Virus record (IMG/VR): IMGVR_UViG_3300028610_001991
Source: a virus
DNA: 64,000 nucleotides
Direction: 5' to 3' (one strand)
This document shows positions 17,691 through 26,847 of the stretch, piece by piece. The notes beneath the pieces were generated by a model. It did not search any database, was not told where the DNA came from, and was given only the letters and a program-made list of their open reading frames with translations. A program made the position numbers and the translations under genes. The first letter of the stretch is position 1, and every line of letters begins with the position of its first letter.

Positions 17691-17718
17691 AGTATAACAA
17701 ATATTAGATAAAAATCAA
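17691..17718 (-). promoter_or_regulatory. sigma70 promoter with extended -10
   Basis: Minus strand TTGATT-16 nt-TATACT with TG upstream of the -10. Confidence 0.55.
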
Positions 17719-17999
17719 GCCTTAAGTTTTTTCTTTATTTCAAAATACTCCTCTAACTGAATTGAGGTATGATTAATTTCAGATAACTGAGCTATATGAT
17801 ACCTTTTAATTAATTTTATTACACTCCTAATCTGCTTTATTTCTTTTCGTTGAAATGTATTTAGGGCATCTGCTATTTCAAGAAACTCTCTCAAGTTTGT
17901 AACTATATCTGTAAATATTTTATCTACGGATAATGCTTTAAATTTTAAGTTCGCTTTTTCTCTTTTAATTAGCTCTTTATCATCAATGTCATGTTTCAT
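17715..17999 (-). CDS. hypothetical protein
   Basis: AAGGAG RBS. Confidence 0.6.
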   Translation of the reverse strand: MKHDIDDKELIKREKANLKFKALSVDKIFTDIVTNLREFLEIADALNTFQRKEIKQIRSVIKLIKRYHIAQLSEINHTSIQLEEYFEIKKKLKA

Positions 18000-18003
18000 A
18001 GTG

Positions 18004-18141
18004 TTATACTCCTTTTTTACTCAGTTTTTCTTTACTGTCTTTAGTGTATAGCTTCCCTATGAACCCGACAAATGGTTGGAGTAAGATACACACAAGTATA
18101 GGTATGATGATAAAAGGTAAATAGACTTTTTGATATTTCAT
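18004..18141 (-). CDS. small membrane protein
   Basis: Track ORF 18004..18246 trimmed to ATG 18141 (MKYQKVYLPFIIIPILV...). Confidence 0.45.
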   Translation of the reverse strand: MKYQKVYLPFIIIPILVCILLQPFVGFIGKLYTKDSKEKLSKKGV

Positions 18142-18196
18142 CTCTCTATTACTATATATCCTCATTTTGTAAAAAAAGTTAAGTACTTTTTTTTGG

Positions 18197-18225
18197 TTGA
18201 AAATAAATATAAATTTAAGTATAAT
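18197..18225 (+). promoter_or_regulatory. sigma70 promoter, predicted leaderless transcript
   Basis: TTGAAA-17 nt-TATAAT, with ATG 6 nt after the -10. Confidence 0.7.
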
Positions 18226-18231
18226 ATAGAT

Positions 18232-18654
18232 ATGACCACAAAACATAAAGATTTTTTTAGAAACATATTATTCTTATGTGGAATAACATTAGATAATGAA
18301 TATAATTTTATTTGCGCAAAATGCATTAGTAACCCTGACCATGAAAAGTATAAAAAATGCCGTAACGAATATGGTAAAATTGACCCCTTAGCACAATTTT
18401 ATTGTATCATAAATTACCATAAATACCAAGAGATAAACCCAGATATAAAATTTCAACAAGTAATGTTAATTGTAAAACAAATAGATAAAGCAATAAAAGA
18501 TGGGCGAAATTTCGCCCATCTTTTAAGTCTAATAAATATAGTTAGGTTAGAATTGAAGCTATTAGATAACGGAGTATTAAACATAGAGCAGGCCACACAT
18601 GAGTACAGAACAAAAATAATATCGATCTTAGATAGATTTTTAAGCAAATTTTAG
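18232..18654 (+). CDS. hypothetical protein (likely leaderless)
   Basis: Track ORF 18130..18654 trimmed to ATG 18232. Confidence 0.6.
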   Translation: MTTKHKDFFRNILFLCGITLDNEYNFICAKCISNPDHEKYKKCRNEYGKIDPLAQFYCIINYHKYQEINPDIKFQQVMLIVKQIDKAIKDGRNFAHLLSLINIVRLELKLLDNGVLNIEQATHEYRTKIISILDRFLSKF

Positions 18655-18667
18655 AGAAATATACTAA

Positions 18668-18751
18668 AAAGTACTGGACAATTTTGTCCAGTACTTTACA
18701 CATGAATCTAATTTAAGTAAAATCTACTGGACAAAATTGTCCAGTAGATTT
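18668..18751. repeat. two palindromes sharing core TACTGGACAA-NN-TTGTCCAGTA
   Basis: 14-bp arms at 18668-18697 and 15-bp arms at 18720-18751; centres 53 bp apart. Confidence 0.9.
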
Positions 18752-18930
18752 GTATGCTATTTCTTAAGTATTCAGCTATTTTTAGTAATAAATAACTATT
18801 TTAGTGAATTTTCTAGGGAAGATTTTTGGTACGCCATTGTTTCTCTTTTAATGTCTATGTAAATTTAAGGAATTCGGGTGTTTTCGGAATTTTGCAGAAC
18901 TCCGTCACGGTATAGGCTAGACTACGGGTG

Positions 18931-19160
18931 GTTCAGCTGAACTATGGTTCAACTACGTTTCATCTTAGTTCAACTATGTTCAGCAGATATTGAACTAAGA
19001 TGAACTAAATACGTACCTAGATGATACGAAGTAGTACACGGTAAAAATCGAAGCGATTTTACCGTGTAGGGAAACGCTTCGCGTTTCAAATCTTTTGAGG
19101 AAACCACTTTATAGGATGAATACTATCTCTGTTTGAACTCGTCTGAACTTTGAACTTGAA
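18931..19160. repeat. hairpin and short-repeat cluster (origin-like)
   Basis: 15-bp inverted repeat 18959-19004; hairpins 19035-19068 and 19071-19087; about 10 TGAAC/GTTCA copies. Confidence 0.8.
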
Positions 19161-19266
19161 TATTAATCTTTTTAAGTGTTTTGTCATATAACATGTCTGT
19201 CGATAATTGGTAGATATGTAGGGGAGATACAGTGTGTATACATTATTACTGCTGCCGTGTTTTTCG

Positions 19267-19295
19267 TTGACAATTTAACATATGTAGTATATAAT
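19267..19295 (+). promoter_or_regulatory. consensus sigma70 promoter for the structural operon
   Basis: TTGACA-17 nt-TATAAT. Confidence 0.8.
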
Positions 19296-19533
19296 TAATT
19301 ATAGGATTAAAAATGCCGGATCCGCGAGTAATTTTAAGTGATATAGACTTACAAGGTAATAAAATACTTAATGCTGAAATTGAGCATTTAGAAAAATAAA
19401 AGAAAGTTAAAAATATTATAATGTTGAACGGGGTGCTAACTTATGCTTTAGATGAGTTGCCTTTGAGTAGTGAGGCGGTTCAGTGTTTTATAATTTGTCT
19501 TATACCTGAAATAGTAGTAAAGAGGTTTATTGA

Positions 19534-19839
19534 GTGAATCTTTATGATGACTTAAATATACTACAAAATGTATTAATAAATTTTGTATCAGAGAGGGTAA
19601 GTACGTTTCCAGCTGATGCAAGAAGAGGAAGAGTAATTTTCCATATAGGATTAAAGTATTTGTTTGTATGTAAGAACGGGGTGGAAGATGCAAATGATAC
19701 AACTTTAATAGCAAATTGGGTTGGTGGAAAAGTAATGATAGACGGAATGAGTAGTGAAGGAGAGAATAGAGGAAAAATCTTAATTACAGATGGTGCAGAT
19801 GGGTATCTTTTTGGTGATTGTGACGGCGGTACAATATAA
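19534..19839 (+). CDS. small tail-fibre-associated structural protein
   Basis: DLNILQN...P...G.V.F N-terminal pattern typical of fibre proteins. Confidence 0.5.
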   Translation: MNLYDDLNILQNVLINFVSERVSTFPADARRGRVIFHIGLKYLFVCKNGVEDANDTTLIANWVGGKVMIDGMSSEGENRGKILITDGADGYLFGDCDGGTI

Positions 19840-19855
19840 AAAAGGAGTGTGAAAT

Positions 19856-21061
19856 ATGGCAGAACTAATTAAATTATTAATTTTAAGAGGAACAGAGGCA
19901 CAGATAACAAGTGCAAGTAATGATGTTGGTAAACCTTATCTTGCTACAGATACAAAGAGAGTTTATATATCAGATGGAACTACAAAGCATTTAGTAGGTA
20001 AAGTTTTTTTTGGTCTTGATGCAAATAAGCCAACTGCAGCCGCATTGTTAACTGGTATGGTATATGTAGCAACTGATACAACTAAAACCTATTATTGTAA
20101 TGGGACAGCTTGGGTTGTAGCAAGTGTTACAGAATTGTCAGATATGACAGGAGACCTTGATGATATTTCAGATGGTTCTACCTATGGAAAAGTTAAGAAT
20201 ACTGAATTGTCAAGTGGTCAAGTAGCACAGATAAGAGCGGTTACTGGTACACAAGATATTACGGGTGATACTTTAAAAGCCCATTTGGATAATCTCACAA
20301 AACATAGATTAATTAATGATGGTGGAAATGGAACGACGGAACTCTGGAGTGCTAATAAGATTGATTCTGAGCTTAATGCTGCTTCTTCTGGACAAAGTAG
20401 ACAGCCAAAAGTAATTGATTTTGTTGATTGTACTGGAATACCACCAACAGAAGTTGAAGGAGATAGATATTTACTTGATTTTGCTGTTGGTACAGTGCAT
20501 GCAAATTGGGATGGAGCTGATAAAGGAGATTTAGTTCAGTTTGAAAGTTCTGCCTGGGTGATAAAAATTGATGCTTCGGATGCTACTAAGGAAGGGACTA
20601 TCACTTACGTAGATGACGAAAATGAAGATAGGATTCTTGTTAACGATGGCACACCTGATTGGGAATCAAGACCTACTGCTATCACAGCTCATAATGATTT
20701 AGGTGGACTAGATACAGGAAGTTATCGTCACTTAACTGCTCAAGAAAAAAAAGAAGCAACTCAGGCTGCCGGAACTGATAATGAATCGGGACTTATGACG
20801 GATACTGATAAAGATAAATTAGACGGGATTGAAGCAGGAGCTGATGATAATCAAGATATTACTGCACAAAAGGGAACAAAAAGAACAGATGCAAATCCTG
20901 CTAATGGTGATGCAATTATTGAAGTTGATTTTGAAGATACGGGAACAAATATATTAGCTGTGTTAAAAGGAGCTGGAAACGGAGTCGCTGGAACTTCTGA
21001 TCAAGCAGCAAGACGGGATCATCAACATAGATTAATTGACGTTGATGCTGGAACTCTTTAA
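19856..21061 (+). CDS. tail fibre-like structural protein
   Basis: LRGTEA...GKPYLATDTKRVYI.DG N-terminal motif; H.H and DKDKLDGI fibre motifs. Confidence 0.7.
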   Translation: MAELIKLLILRGTEAQITSASNDVGKPYLATDTKRVYISDGTTKHLVGKVFFGLDANKPTAAALLTGMVYVATDTTKTYYCNGTAWVVASVTELSDMTGDLDDISDGSTYGKVKNTELSSGQVAQIRAVTGTQDITGDTLKAHLDNLTKHRLINDGGNGTTELWSANKIDSELNAASSGQSRQPKVIDFVDCTGIPPTEVEGDRYLLDFAVGTVHANWDGADKGDLVQFESSAWVIKIDASDATKEGTITYVDDENEDRILVNDGTPDWESRPTAITAHNDLGGLDTGSYRHLTAQEKKEATQAAGTDNESGLMTDTDKDKLDGIEAGADDNQDITAQKGTKRTDANPANGDAIIEVDFEDTGTNILAVLKGAGNGVAGTSDQAARRDHQHRLIDVDAGTL

Positions 21062-21074
21062 TTAAAAATAAATT

Positions 21075-21275
21075 ATGGCTAGAAATTTATATGTAAAAAT
21101 CCTACGTGCTACAAAGACTCAATTAGAAAATTATGGAAGTTATCCTCTTGCAGAGGGAGAACTAGCACTTGATACAACAGACAAAGAATTGTATATTGGG
21201 ACTGGAAGCACTAACAAAAAGCTTGGTGGTGTTGGTGCTGAAATGAAAAGATGGCGTTTATGGTTAGGAGCATAA
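21075..21275 (+). CDS. fibre N-terminal-like (hyaluronidase/Mtd N-terminal type) small protein
   Basis: ILRAT..Q...LAEGELALDT..KELYIG.G. Confidence 0.6.
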   Translation: MARNLYVKILRATKTQLENYGSYPLAEGELALDTTDKELYIGTGSTNKKLGGVGAEMKRWRLWLGA

Positions 21276-21276
21276 T

Positions 21277-21972
21277 ATGATATTATTGGATACAAGTACA
21301 AAATTAGAACTCAAACTAAATGCAACTCCTTCGACTGAATTAGATTGGTTGTCTGTTTATATTGATACAACTAATGATGTTGCAAAACATAATGATGGAG
21401 TATCAAACGGGACTACTGATGTTATTATGGTAGCTGCACCTAGTGCCGATAAACGTCTTGTTCGTTATTTAAATATATATAATAAGGATTCCTCTCCACA
21501 AACAATTACAATCAAAATAGATGATGGCGTTAATGAAAGAATATTGATTAAGCAAATACTAGAGCCAGAAAGTACATTAATTTATGACTCACAAGCTGGA
21601 TGGTATACCGTTCCTATTTATGTTGATAAAAAAGTAACAAAAACTATAGTAGTTGAAGCACCTGGAGTAAATGATAATAAATATATAGGGTTTACTCATA
21701 AACCTATAACCGTCTCGGAAATCAGAGCAGTACTAGTCGGTAGTTCTAATCCTTCTGTAACATGGACAATAAGATATGGATCTGACCGAAGTTCTGGTGG
21801 TACTGAAATAGTAGTTGATGGAACAACTACAACGAGTACGACAACAGGAAGTGATGTAACAAGTTTTACTAATGATACTATACCAGCAGATAATCACTAT
21901 TGGTTAGTACTTACCGTAGTAAGTGGTATAGTAAATGAATTAGCTGTTACACCAGTTTTTAATTATACGTAA
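21277..21972 (+). CDS. virion structural protein (beta-rich)
   Basis: Thr/Val-rich, located in the fibre cluster. Confidence 0.6.
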   Translation: MILLDTSTKLELKLNATPSTELDWLSVYIDTTNDVAKHNDGVSNGTTDVIMVAAPSADKRLVRYLNIYNKDSSPQTITIKIDDGVNERILIKQILEPESTLIYDSQAGWYTVPIYVDKKVTKTIVVEAPGVNDNKYIGFTHKPITVSEIRAVLVGSSNPSVTWTIRYGSDRSSGGTEIVVDGTTTTSTTTGSDVTSFTNDTIPADNHYWLVLTVVSGIVNELAVTPVFNYT

Positions 21973-22044
21973 GGTAAAGCACAAAGTGGATTGTTAACGA
22001 ATTAGCTATTACCCAGTATGGGATTATGATTGAGGAGATATAAT

Positions 22045-22674
22045 ATGGCTAAATATGAAATATTAATTGGCGGAAAAGATCAACAGAAAGCACATCGGTA
22101 TAATAAAGGTGATATATTGTCTATACATCCTTGGATACGTAAAAGCACAACAGAAGTAGATCATTATGAAAATCAAGTTATTAATGGACTTACTAAAAGA
22201 GTTCCAATAATGAAAGATTTGGATGAAGGAGTTGATTGGGGTTTGAAAGAAATTAAAAAAGGGTTGGTTGTAATAGTTGAATCAAATAAAACGATAGAAG
22301 AAATGAGACAATATACAGGTTCTATACATGAGCATAAAATATCATTTGAAAAAATAACAACACAGCAATTAAGTATACTAAGTGATGAAGATCAAAAAAA
22401 TTATCAATTATATAAAGACTGTCATAGTAGGGTTGATTTAGTTGAATTAAGAAAAACAATTACAGATTTAAATGATGCACAAATGGAAAATGAAACAGTT
22501 ATATATCAACCATGTAAAAAATCTAGCCAATTAATAGCAAAGTTTTATGGAAATAATAACAATCGCTTACTTGAAGCGAAAGATGTTAACACAGTTAGTG
22601 TTGTAGCAGCTAAAGAAGCTGAAATAAATATTAATATAAATAGTATTAATCTAATTAAATCAAATATGGAATAA
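22045..22674 (+). CDS. hypothetical protein
   Basis: Start moved to ATG 22045 (GAGGAG RBS). Confidence 0.65.
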   Translation: MAKYEILIGGKDQQKAHRYNKGDILSIHPWIRKSTTEVDHYENQVINGLTKRVPIMKDLDEGVDWGLKEIKKGLVVIVESNKTIEEMRQYTGSIHEHKISFEKITTQQLSILSDEDQKNYQLYKDCHSRVDLVELRKTITDLNDAQMENETVIYQPCKKSSQLIAKFYGNNNNRLLEAKDVNTVSVVAAKEAEINININSINLIKSNME

Positions 22675-22677
22675 TAA

Positions 22678-24534
22678 ATGTCAAGTAGTAGACGTAATGC
22701 AGTAAATGAAAATATTTCAACCTATGATAGTGCTGGAGGAAAAGATTATTCGGACTTGGGTGTATGGGAAAGTTTTACTGATATTGACCTCGTATCTGCT
22801 GCACAGTCTGAAGTGCTTGAGTGTTACAAAGGTGTACATGATGATGATGTGAATATGGTAGGATCAATAAATAATTCTTCATATCATAGAATTATCCGAC
22901 CGGCTCCAGGAGAAGGACATAACGGGATTCCAAAACTTGATGGAACTGTAGTAGCGTTTTCTAATACATCGAATCTTAGTCCGTTTTGGTTGGCTGAAAA
23001 TTATGCACAAATACAAGATTTAGTTTTAAAGTCAACCGTCAACGAAGCAGCCGATCGTTTTGTCATTGTTATGGATGACATCTATGATTATCAAAAGGCA
23101 ATAGGATGTTTGGTTGTAGACAGCACAAATACTGGTTCAGGATCACTACTTGTTGGAATTTTATTTTATAATAATCATTTCATAATAAATTGCTTAATTC
23201 ATAATTGTGAGCGAGTAGGGTTTGGAGGTCTTAACGCTGGAGGAACAGGCCTTTGTTATAATTGTGGTTCTGATAGCAATGATGTTGGATTCCAATCAAA
23301 TGTTCAAGTCACAATTGTAACAAATTGTGTGTCTTCAAATAATACGACATTAGATTGGGATACCGCCGCTGGTGGTTCTTTTACAACAACGACGTGTACT
23401 GCAGAAAATGATACACCGGTATTTAATGATGCTGCAAATGATGATCTTAGACTTGATGAAACTGATTATATATGTAGAAAGAAGGGTACTGATTTAAGTT
23501 CCGATGGAGTATTTGCTTTCGATGATGATATAATGTTTAATACTAGAACTTTTTGGGATATTGGATTTCATGCAAATTTTGATTTATCATCTCGAATAAA
23601 AGCAACAAATGAAAATGTAAGTACTTATGATTCAGCAGGTGGAAAAGATTATAGTGATCTTTCTGTTTGGGAAGCATTTACTGATATTGACCTCGTATCT
23701 GCTGCACAGTCTGAAGTGCTTGAATGCTATAAAGGTGCACATGATGATAATATTACTTTTAGTGGAGCCACAACTAATATATCTTATTTTCGTATAATAA
23801 GAGCAGCAAGTAGCGAAGGACATTCAGGTGTTCCATTAAGTGATGGATCATGTGTTGAATTTCACAATACTGGTAATGTAGAATTGATTTATCTCAATGA
23901 AGAATATGCTATAGCACAAGATTTAGTTGGAAAGTTAACACAAAATACAGGTGGTCAAAATGCATGTTTTAGAATAGCTGGTCCAAGTGCAAAATCGGTT
24001 GGGTGTATTGCATATGATTCCACAAATGCTGGTGCTGGTAATTTAGATGGATTTCAGCTGTATGACCATAATACCATAATAGTTAATTGTTTAGCTCATA
24101 ACGTGAAATCAAGAGGGGCTATGTACACTATGGGTGGTGGTAATACAGGATATATATATAGTTGCACTTTTACGAATAATGGTACAACAGGAGTATTTCA
24201 ATGGACAGGTACAGCAATAGGAAAAAATATTTTAGCCAGTGAGAATGCTATAGATTTTGCAGGTACAATTACGAAAACAACATGTAATGCGGAGGGATCA
24301 AACCCTGTATATAGAGATGCTGCAAATAATGATTTTAGATTATCCGGGGTAGATACAATTGGAAGAAATAACGGTACGGATTTAAGTGGTGTTGCTCCTG
24401 AAAGTGAGGCAGTATTTCCATTTAATGACGATATACATGATAGAACTATGGGAGGTTCTAAGCCTGGTAAAAATAGAGTGGGGTTATGGGGTATAGGATT
24501 TTATCAATTTTATAGTAGAGCTTATGTAACATAA
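22678..24534 (+). CDS. parallel beta-helix (pectin-lyase-like) protein made of two 301-aa modules
   Basis: Duplicated NEN.STYDSAGGKDYSDL.VWE.FTDIDLVSAAQSEVLECYKG; NC/Asn ladders. Confidence 0.7.
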   Translation: MSSSRRNAVNENISTYDSAGGKDYSDLGVWESFTDIDLVSAAQSEVLECYKGVHDDDVNMVGSINNSSYHRIIRPAPGEGHNGIPKLDGTVVAFSNTSNLSPFWLAENYAQIQDLVLKSTVNEAADRFVIVMDDIYDYQKAIGCLVVDSTNTGSGSLLVGILFYNNHFIINCLIHNCERVGFGGLNAGGTGLCYNCGSDSNDVGFQSNVQVTIVTNCVSSNNTTLDWDTAAGGSFTTTTCTAENDTPVFNDAANDDLRLDETDYICRKKGTDLSSDGVFAFDDDIMFNTRTFWDIGFHANFDLSSRIKATNENVSTYDSAGGKDYSDLSVWEAFTDIDLVSAAQSEVLECYKGAHDDNITFSGATTNISYFRIIRAASSEGHSGVPLSDGSCVEFHNTGNVELIYLNEEYAIAQDLVGKLTQNTGGQNACFRIAGPSAKSVGCIAYDSTNAGAGNLDGFQLYDHNTIIVNCLAHNVKSRGAMYTMGGGNTGYIYSCTFTNNGTTGVFQWTGTAIGKNILASENAIDFAGTITKTTCNAEGSNPVYRDAANNDFRLSGVDTIGRNNGTDLSGVAPESEAVFPFNDDIHDRTMGGSKPGKNRVGLWGIGFYQFYSRAYVT

Positions 24535-24613
24535 TAGTAGTAAATAAAGTAGGAAGGATGGTGAAAAAGTTTAGCGTAAAGATGTTATAGGTAATTTTAA
24601 GGGAGGTTTGGTT

Positions 24614-25120
24614 ATGAATAGTAGTTATAGATTAAAATGGTTAACTTTATGTTTTATGATGGGTTTTGTATATCTCAGTATAGAGGTAGTGTTTCGGGCT
24701 ATTATTGGGGATATGGTAGGAGTACATAAGTTAATCTTCTGGAGTCTTGGTGGTTGGACTACATTGTGGATGCTTCCCGTAGGCGGGATATGTGGTGTAC
24801 TACTTGGACTGCTGAATGAGATTAAAATATTAAAAAAGTGTATCGTATTAACCCAGTGTTTAATTGGTACGTTTATAGTTTTGTTTGTGGAGTTACTACT
24901 AGGTATTATTTTTAATTTAGGTTTTGGTTTGTCGTTATGGACATATGCTGGTTGGTCATATAATATATTAGGTCAGATATGTTTACCTTTTGCGATCATA
25001 TGGTTTTTCTTATGCCCTTTTGTATTTTGGTTGGATGATTTTTTGCGGTTTGCTTTATATGGCGAAGATGCAAAGTACTCTGTGTTAGTTCCTTATAGAA
25101 AATTATTTACTTTAAAGTGA
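24614..25120 (+). CDS. multi-TM membrane protein ('putative ABC transporter permease' phage family)
   Basis: Y..IE...R...WM..VGG...G...NE...EL..G.I.N...W.Y....YN.LGQICL.F. Confidence 0.7.
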   Translation: MNSSYRLKWLTLCFMMGFVYLSIEVVFRAIIGDMVGVHKLIFWSLGGWTTLWMLPVGGICGVLLGLLNEIKILKKCIVLTQCLIGTFIVLFVELLLGIIFNLGFGLSLWTYAGWSYNILGQICLPFAIIWFFLCPFVFWLDDFLRFALYGEDAKYSVLVPYRKLFTLK

Positions 25121-25458
25121 GGTATACGGTGTTTACTTTGGGGGATACTGTTACCATCTGTGTGATTGTCTTTGCTGCCGGAGGCAGTTACGCTCTTTTA
25201 AAGAAAGATGTAATTTTCATTAAAATAGTTTTAAGTTATTGGTTTGGGTCTGGAAAAGAAGGAGAAGAAGGTAGTGGCATTAAACGATTAAAATTATACA
25301 TTCAGCAAGAGCTGAGTGTAATGGATAAACGATATGAAGAACGATTTATAATTTTAGAAAGAAGAGTTAAAGCGTTAGAGGAGATTGCCGGGTTAATTGA
25401 AAAAGCTCAACAATATGAGTTTAAAATTAATAAACATAGAAATAATAAACATAAATAA
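25117..25458 (+). CDS. membrane/coiled-coil protein (holin-like candidate)
   Basis: N-terminal hydrophobic helix followed by coiled coil. Confidence 0.45.
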   Translation: MRYTVFTLGDTVTICVIVFAAGGSYALLKKDVIFIKIVLSYWFGSGKEGEEGSGIKRLKLYIQQELSVMDKRYEERFIILERRVKALEEIAGLIEKAQQYEFKINKHRNNKHK

Positions 25459-25466
25459 AGGTCTAT

Positions 25467-25727
25467 ATGTTAAAAACATATATTCTTAACCTTATAAAAA
25501 AAGAGTTTGGGCATGAAGCCTTTAAACTATTTAAAGATAATGATGATGAGGATACTATAAAGATTATACTAAAAGCTCTTGTTAACAATAAACTTAAATC
25601 GAAATATATTTCTATAAAACAGGCTGCAACCTGTTTGCGACTTATTAAGTATTTGGAAAAGAACGGTGTCCTAGATAAAGACACTTTAAAGATGATAAAT
25701 GGTATTGATTATAAAGAATTTGAATAA
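25467..25727 (+). CDS. hypothetical protein
   Basis: ORF track. Confidence 0.55.
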   Translation: MLKTYILNLIKKEFGHEAFKLFKDNDDEDTIKIILKALVNNKLKSKYISIKQAATCLRLIKYLEKNGVLDKDTLKMINGIDYKEFE

Positions 25728-25747
25728 CTTAGAGGAGGAAAATAATT

Positions 25748-25966
25748 ATGAAATTACAAGATAATATTTCTTATGGTAAACAAATAGTTAATAGAGTTAA
25801 AGAAATACCTTTAAAACTTTGCAGTATGTCTTTTTTAACTTGGGCTTTATTGTTATTCCTGTGGACAAAAGGAAAAATAGATTTTCAGGGTATTGACTTT
25901 TTAGTGTTTACTGCAGCTGTTATAGGTATTAAAGCTTATAAGGCAATAAAAGAAAAGGGGGAGTAG
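25748..25966 (+). CDS. small two-TM protein (holin candidate)
   Basis: Two hydrophobic segments, basic C-terminus, GAGGAGG RBS. Confidence 0.5.
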   Translation: MKLQDNISYGKQIVNRVKEIPLKLCSMSFLTWALLLFLWTKGKIDFQGIDFLVFTAAVIGIKAYKAIKEKGE

Positions 25967-26190
25967 TGGCGGATTATATTTATACCCCATATAAACATGT
26001 GCAGTCTACAGCTTCAGCGGAGTGGACGGTTATTCATCGTAAAAAAAGATCAGTAACTTTATCTATATTTGATGATTCTGGTAAACCCGTGTTTGCTTCC
26101 TGGGAGCCGATCGATGATAGCACACTGGTAGTAAGGTTTAAAAAGAACGGTGTAGATTTTGCTATGTCTGGTCATTGTGAGGTATTTTGA
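25966..26190 (+). CDS. small virion structural protein
   Basis: H.QS.AS.EW.V.H...D..G...F...SG pattern. Confidence 0.6.
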   Translation: MADYIYTPYKHVQSTASAEWTVIHRKKRSVTLSIFDDSGKPVFASWEPIDDSTLVVRFKKNGVDFAMSGHCEVF

Positions 26191-26636
26191 TGGTTTATAC
26201 TACTATAGATAATCCTGTATATCCTTTAGGTAGATTTCCTACCGATCTTATTGGTGAGGATGTATATTATAAAATAGTTAATCATGCGAATACTGTTGTT
26301 GTTGCAAGGACAGCTACGGGTGTTGTTGAGGTAGGGTATGGGGCTTATGGTATTTTACTTTCTTTTGATACGGTAGGGAATTTTGTTATTATTTTTGATA
26401 TTGATGGTACCGATTATGTAGCTTCTGAGAGTATTAACGTTACATTAAATCCGGATGAAAGTAGGGATAATGTAAAACGTGAATTTCAGCAATATAATGC
26501 TGATAAGTCTGTTAAGAAAGTAAGGATACTGAAAGCGAGGGACGGTGATTTTAATAATCCTGATATTATAAAAGAATTGACATTTGAATATAATACCGAT
26601 AAGACAATTAGTGTTATGAAAGAGGAGGTATTGTGA
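26187..26636 (+). CDS. hypothetical structural protein
   Basis: ORF track, operon packing. Confidence 0.6.
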   Translation: MMVYTTIDNPVYPLGRFPTDLIGEDVYYKIVNHANTVVVARTATGVVEVGYGAYGILLSFDTVGNFVIIFDIDGTDYVASESINVTLNPDESRDNVKREFQQYNADKSVKKVRILKARDGDFNNPDIIKELTFEYNTDKTISVMKEEVL

Positions 26637-26836
26637 GTTATAGTTCCAGGGAGCAAAGTTTACCTTTAGCTACAGAAGGGTATGTGCTAGGTGTAAGAGA
26701 AAGATTTATTCAGAATACTAAACTATCGGATGGTATTGTAGCGCAAGCTAATATAGCTGTTAAAGATGTAAAGATTGTCACACTTCGTATAAGTGCTCCT
26801 TCAAAGCGATTAAATTTAAGTCTGAGTAAGAATTAA
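26633..26836 (+). CDS. hypothetical protein
   Basis: GTGA overlap, GAGGAGG RBS. Confidence 0.55.
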   Translation: MSYSSREQSLPLATEGYVLGVRERFIQNTKLSDGIVAQANIAVKDVKIVTLRISAPSKRLNLSLSKN

Positions 26837-26847
26837 GGTGGTTAATT

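Noticed and set aside
18668-18751. Palindromes as a protelomerase telomere site
   Set aside because: Two short separate palindromes rather than one long one, and no protelomerase gene in the window
22700-23760. Repeat pair as a diversity-generating retroelement TR/VR
   Set aside because: Differences are not adenine-specific, both copies are in one ORF, and no reverse transcriptase is in the window
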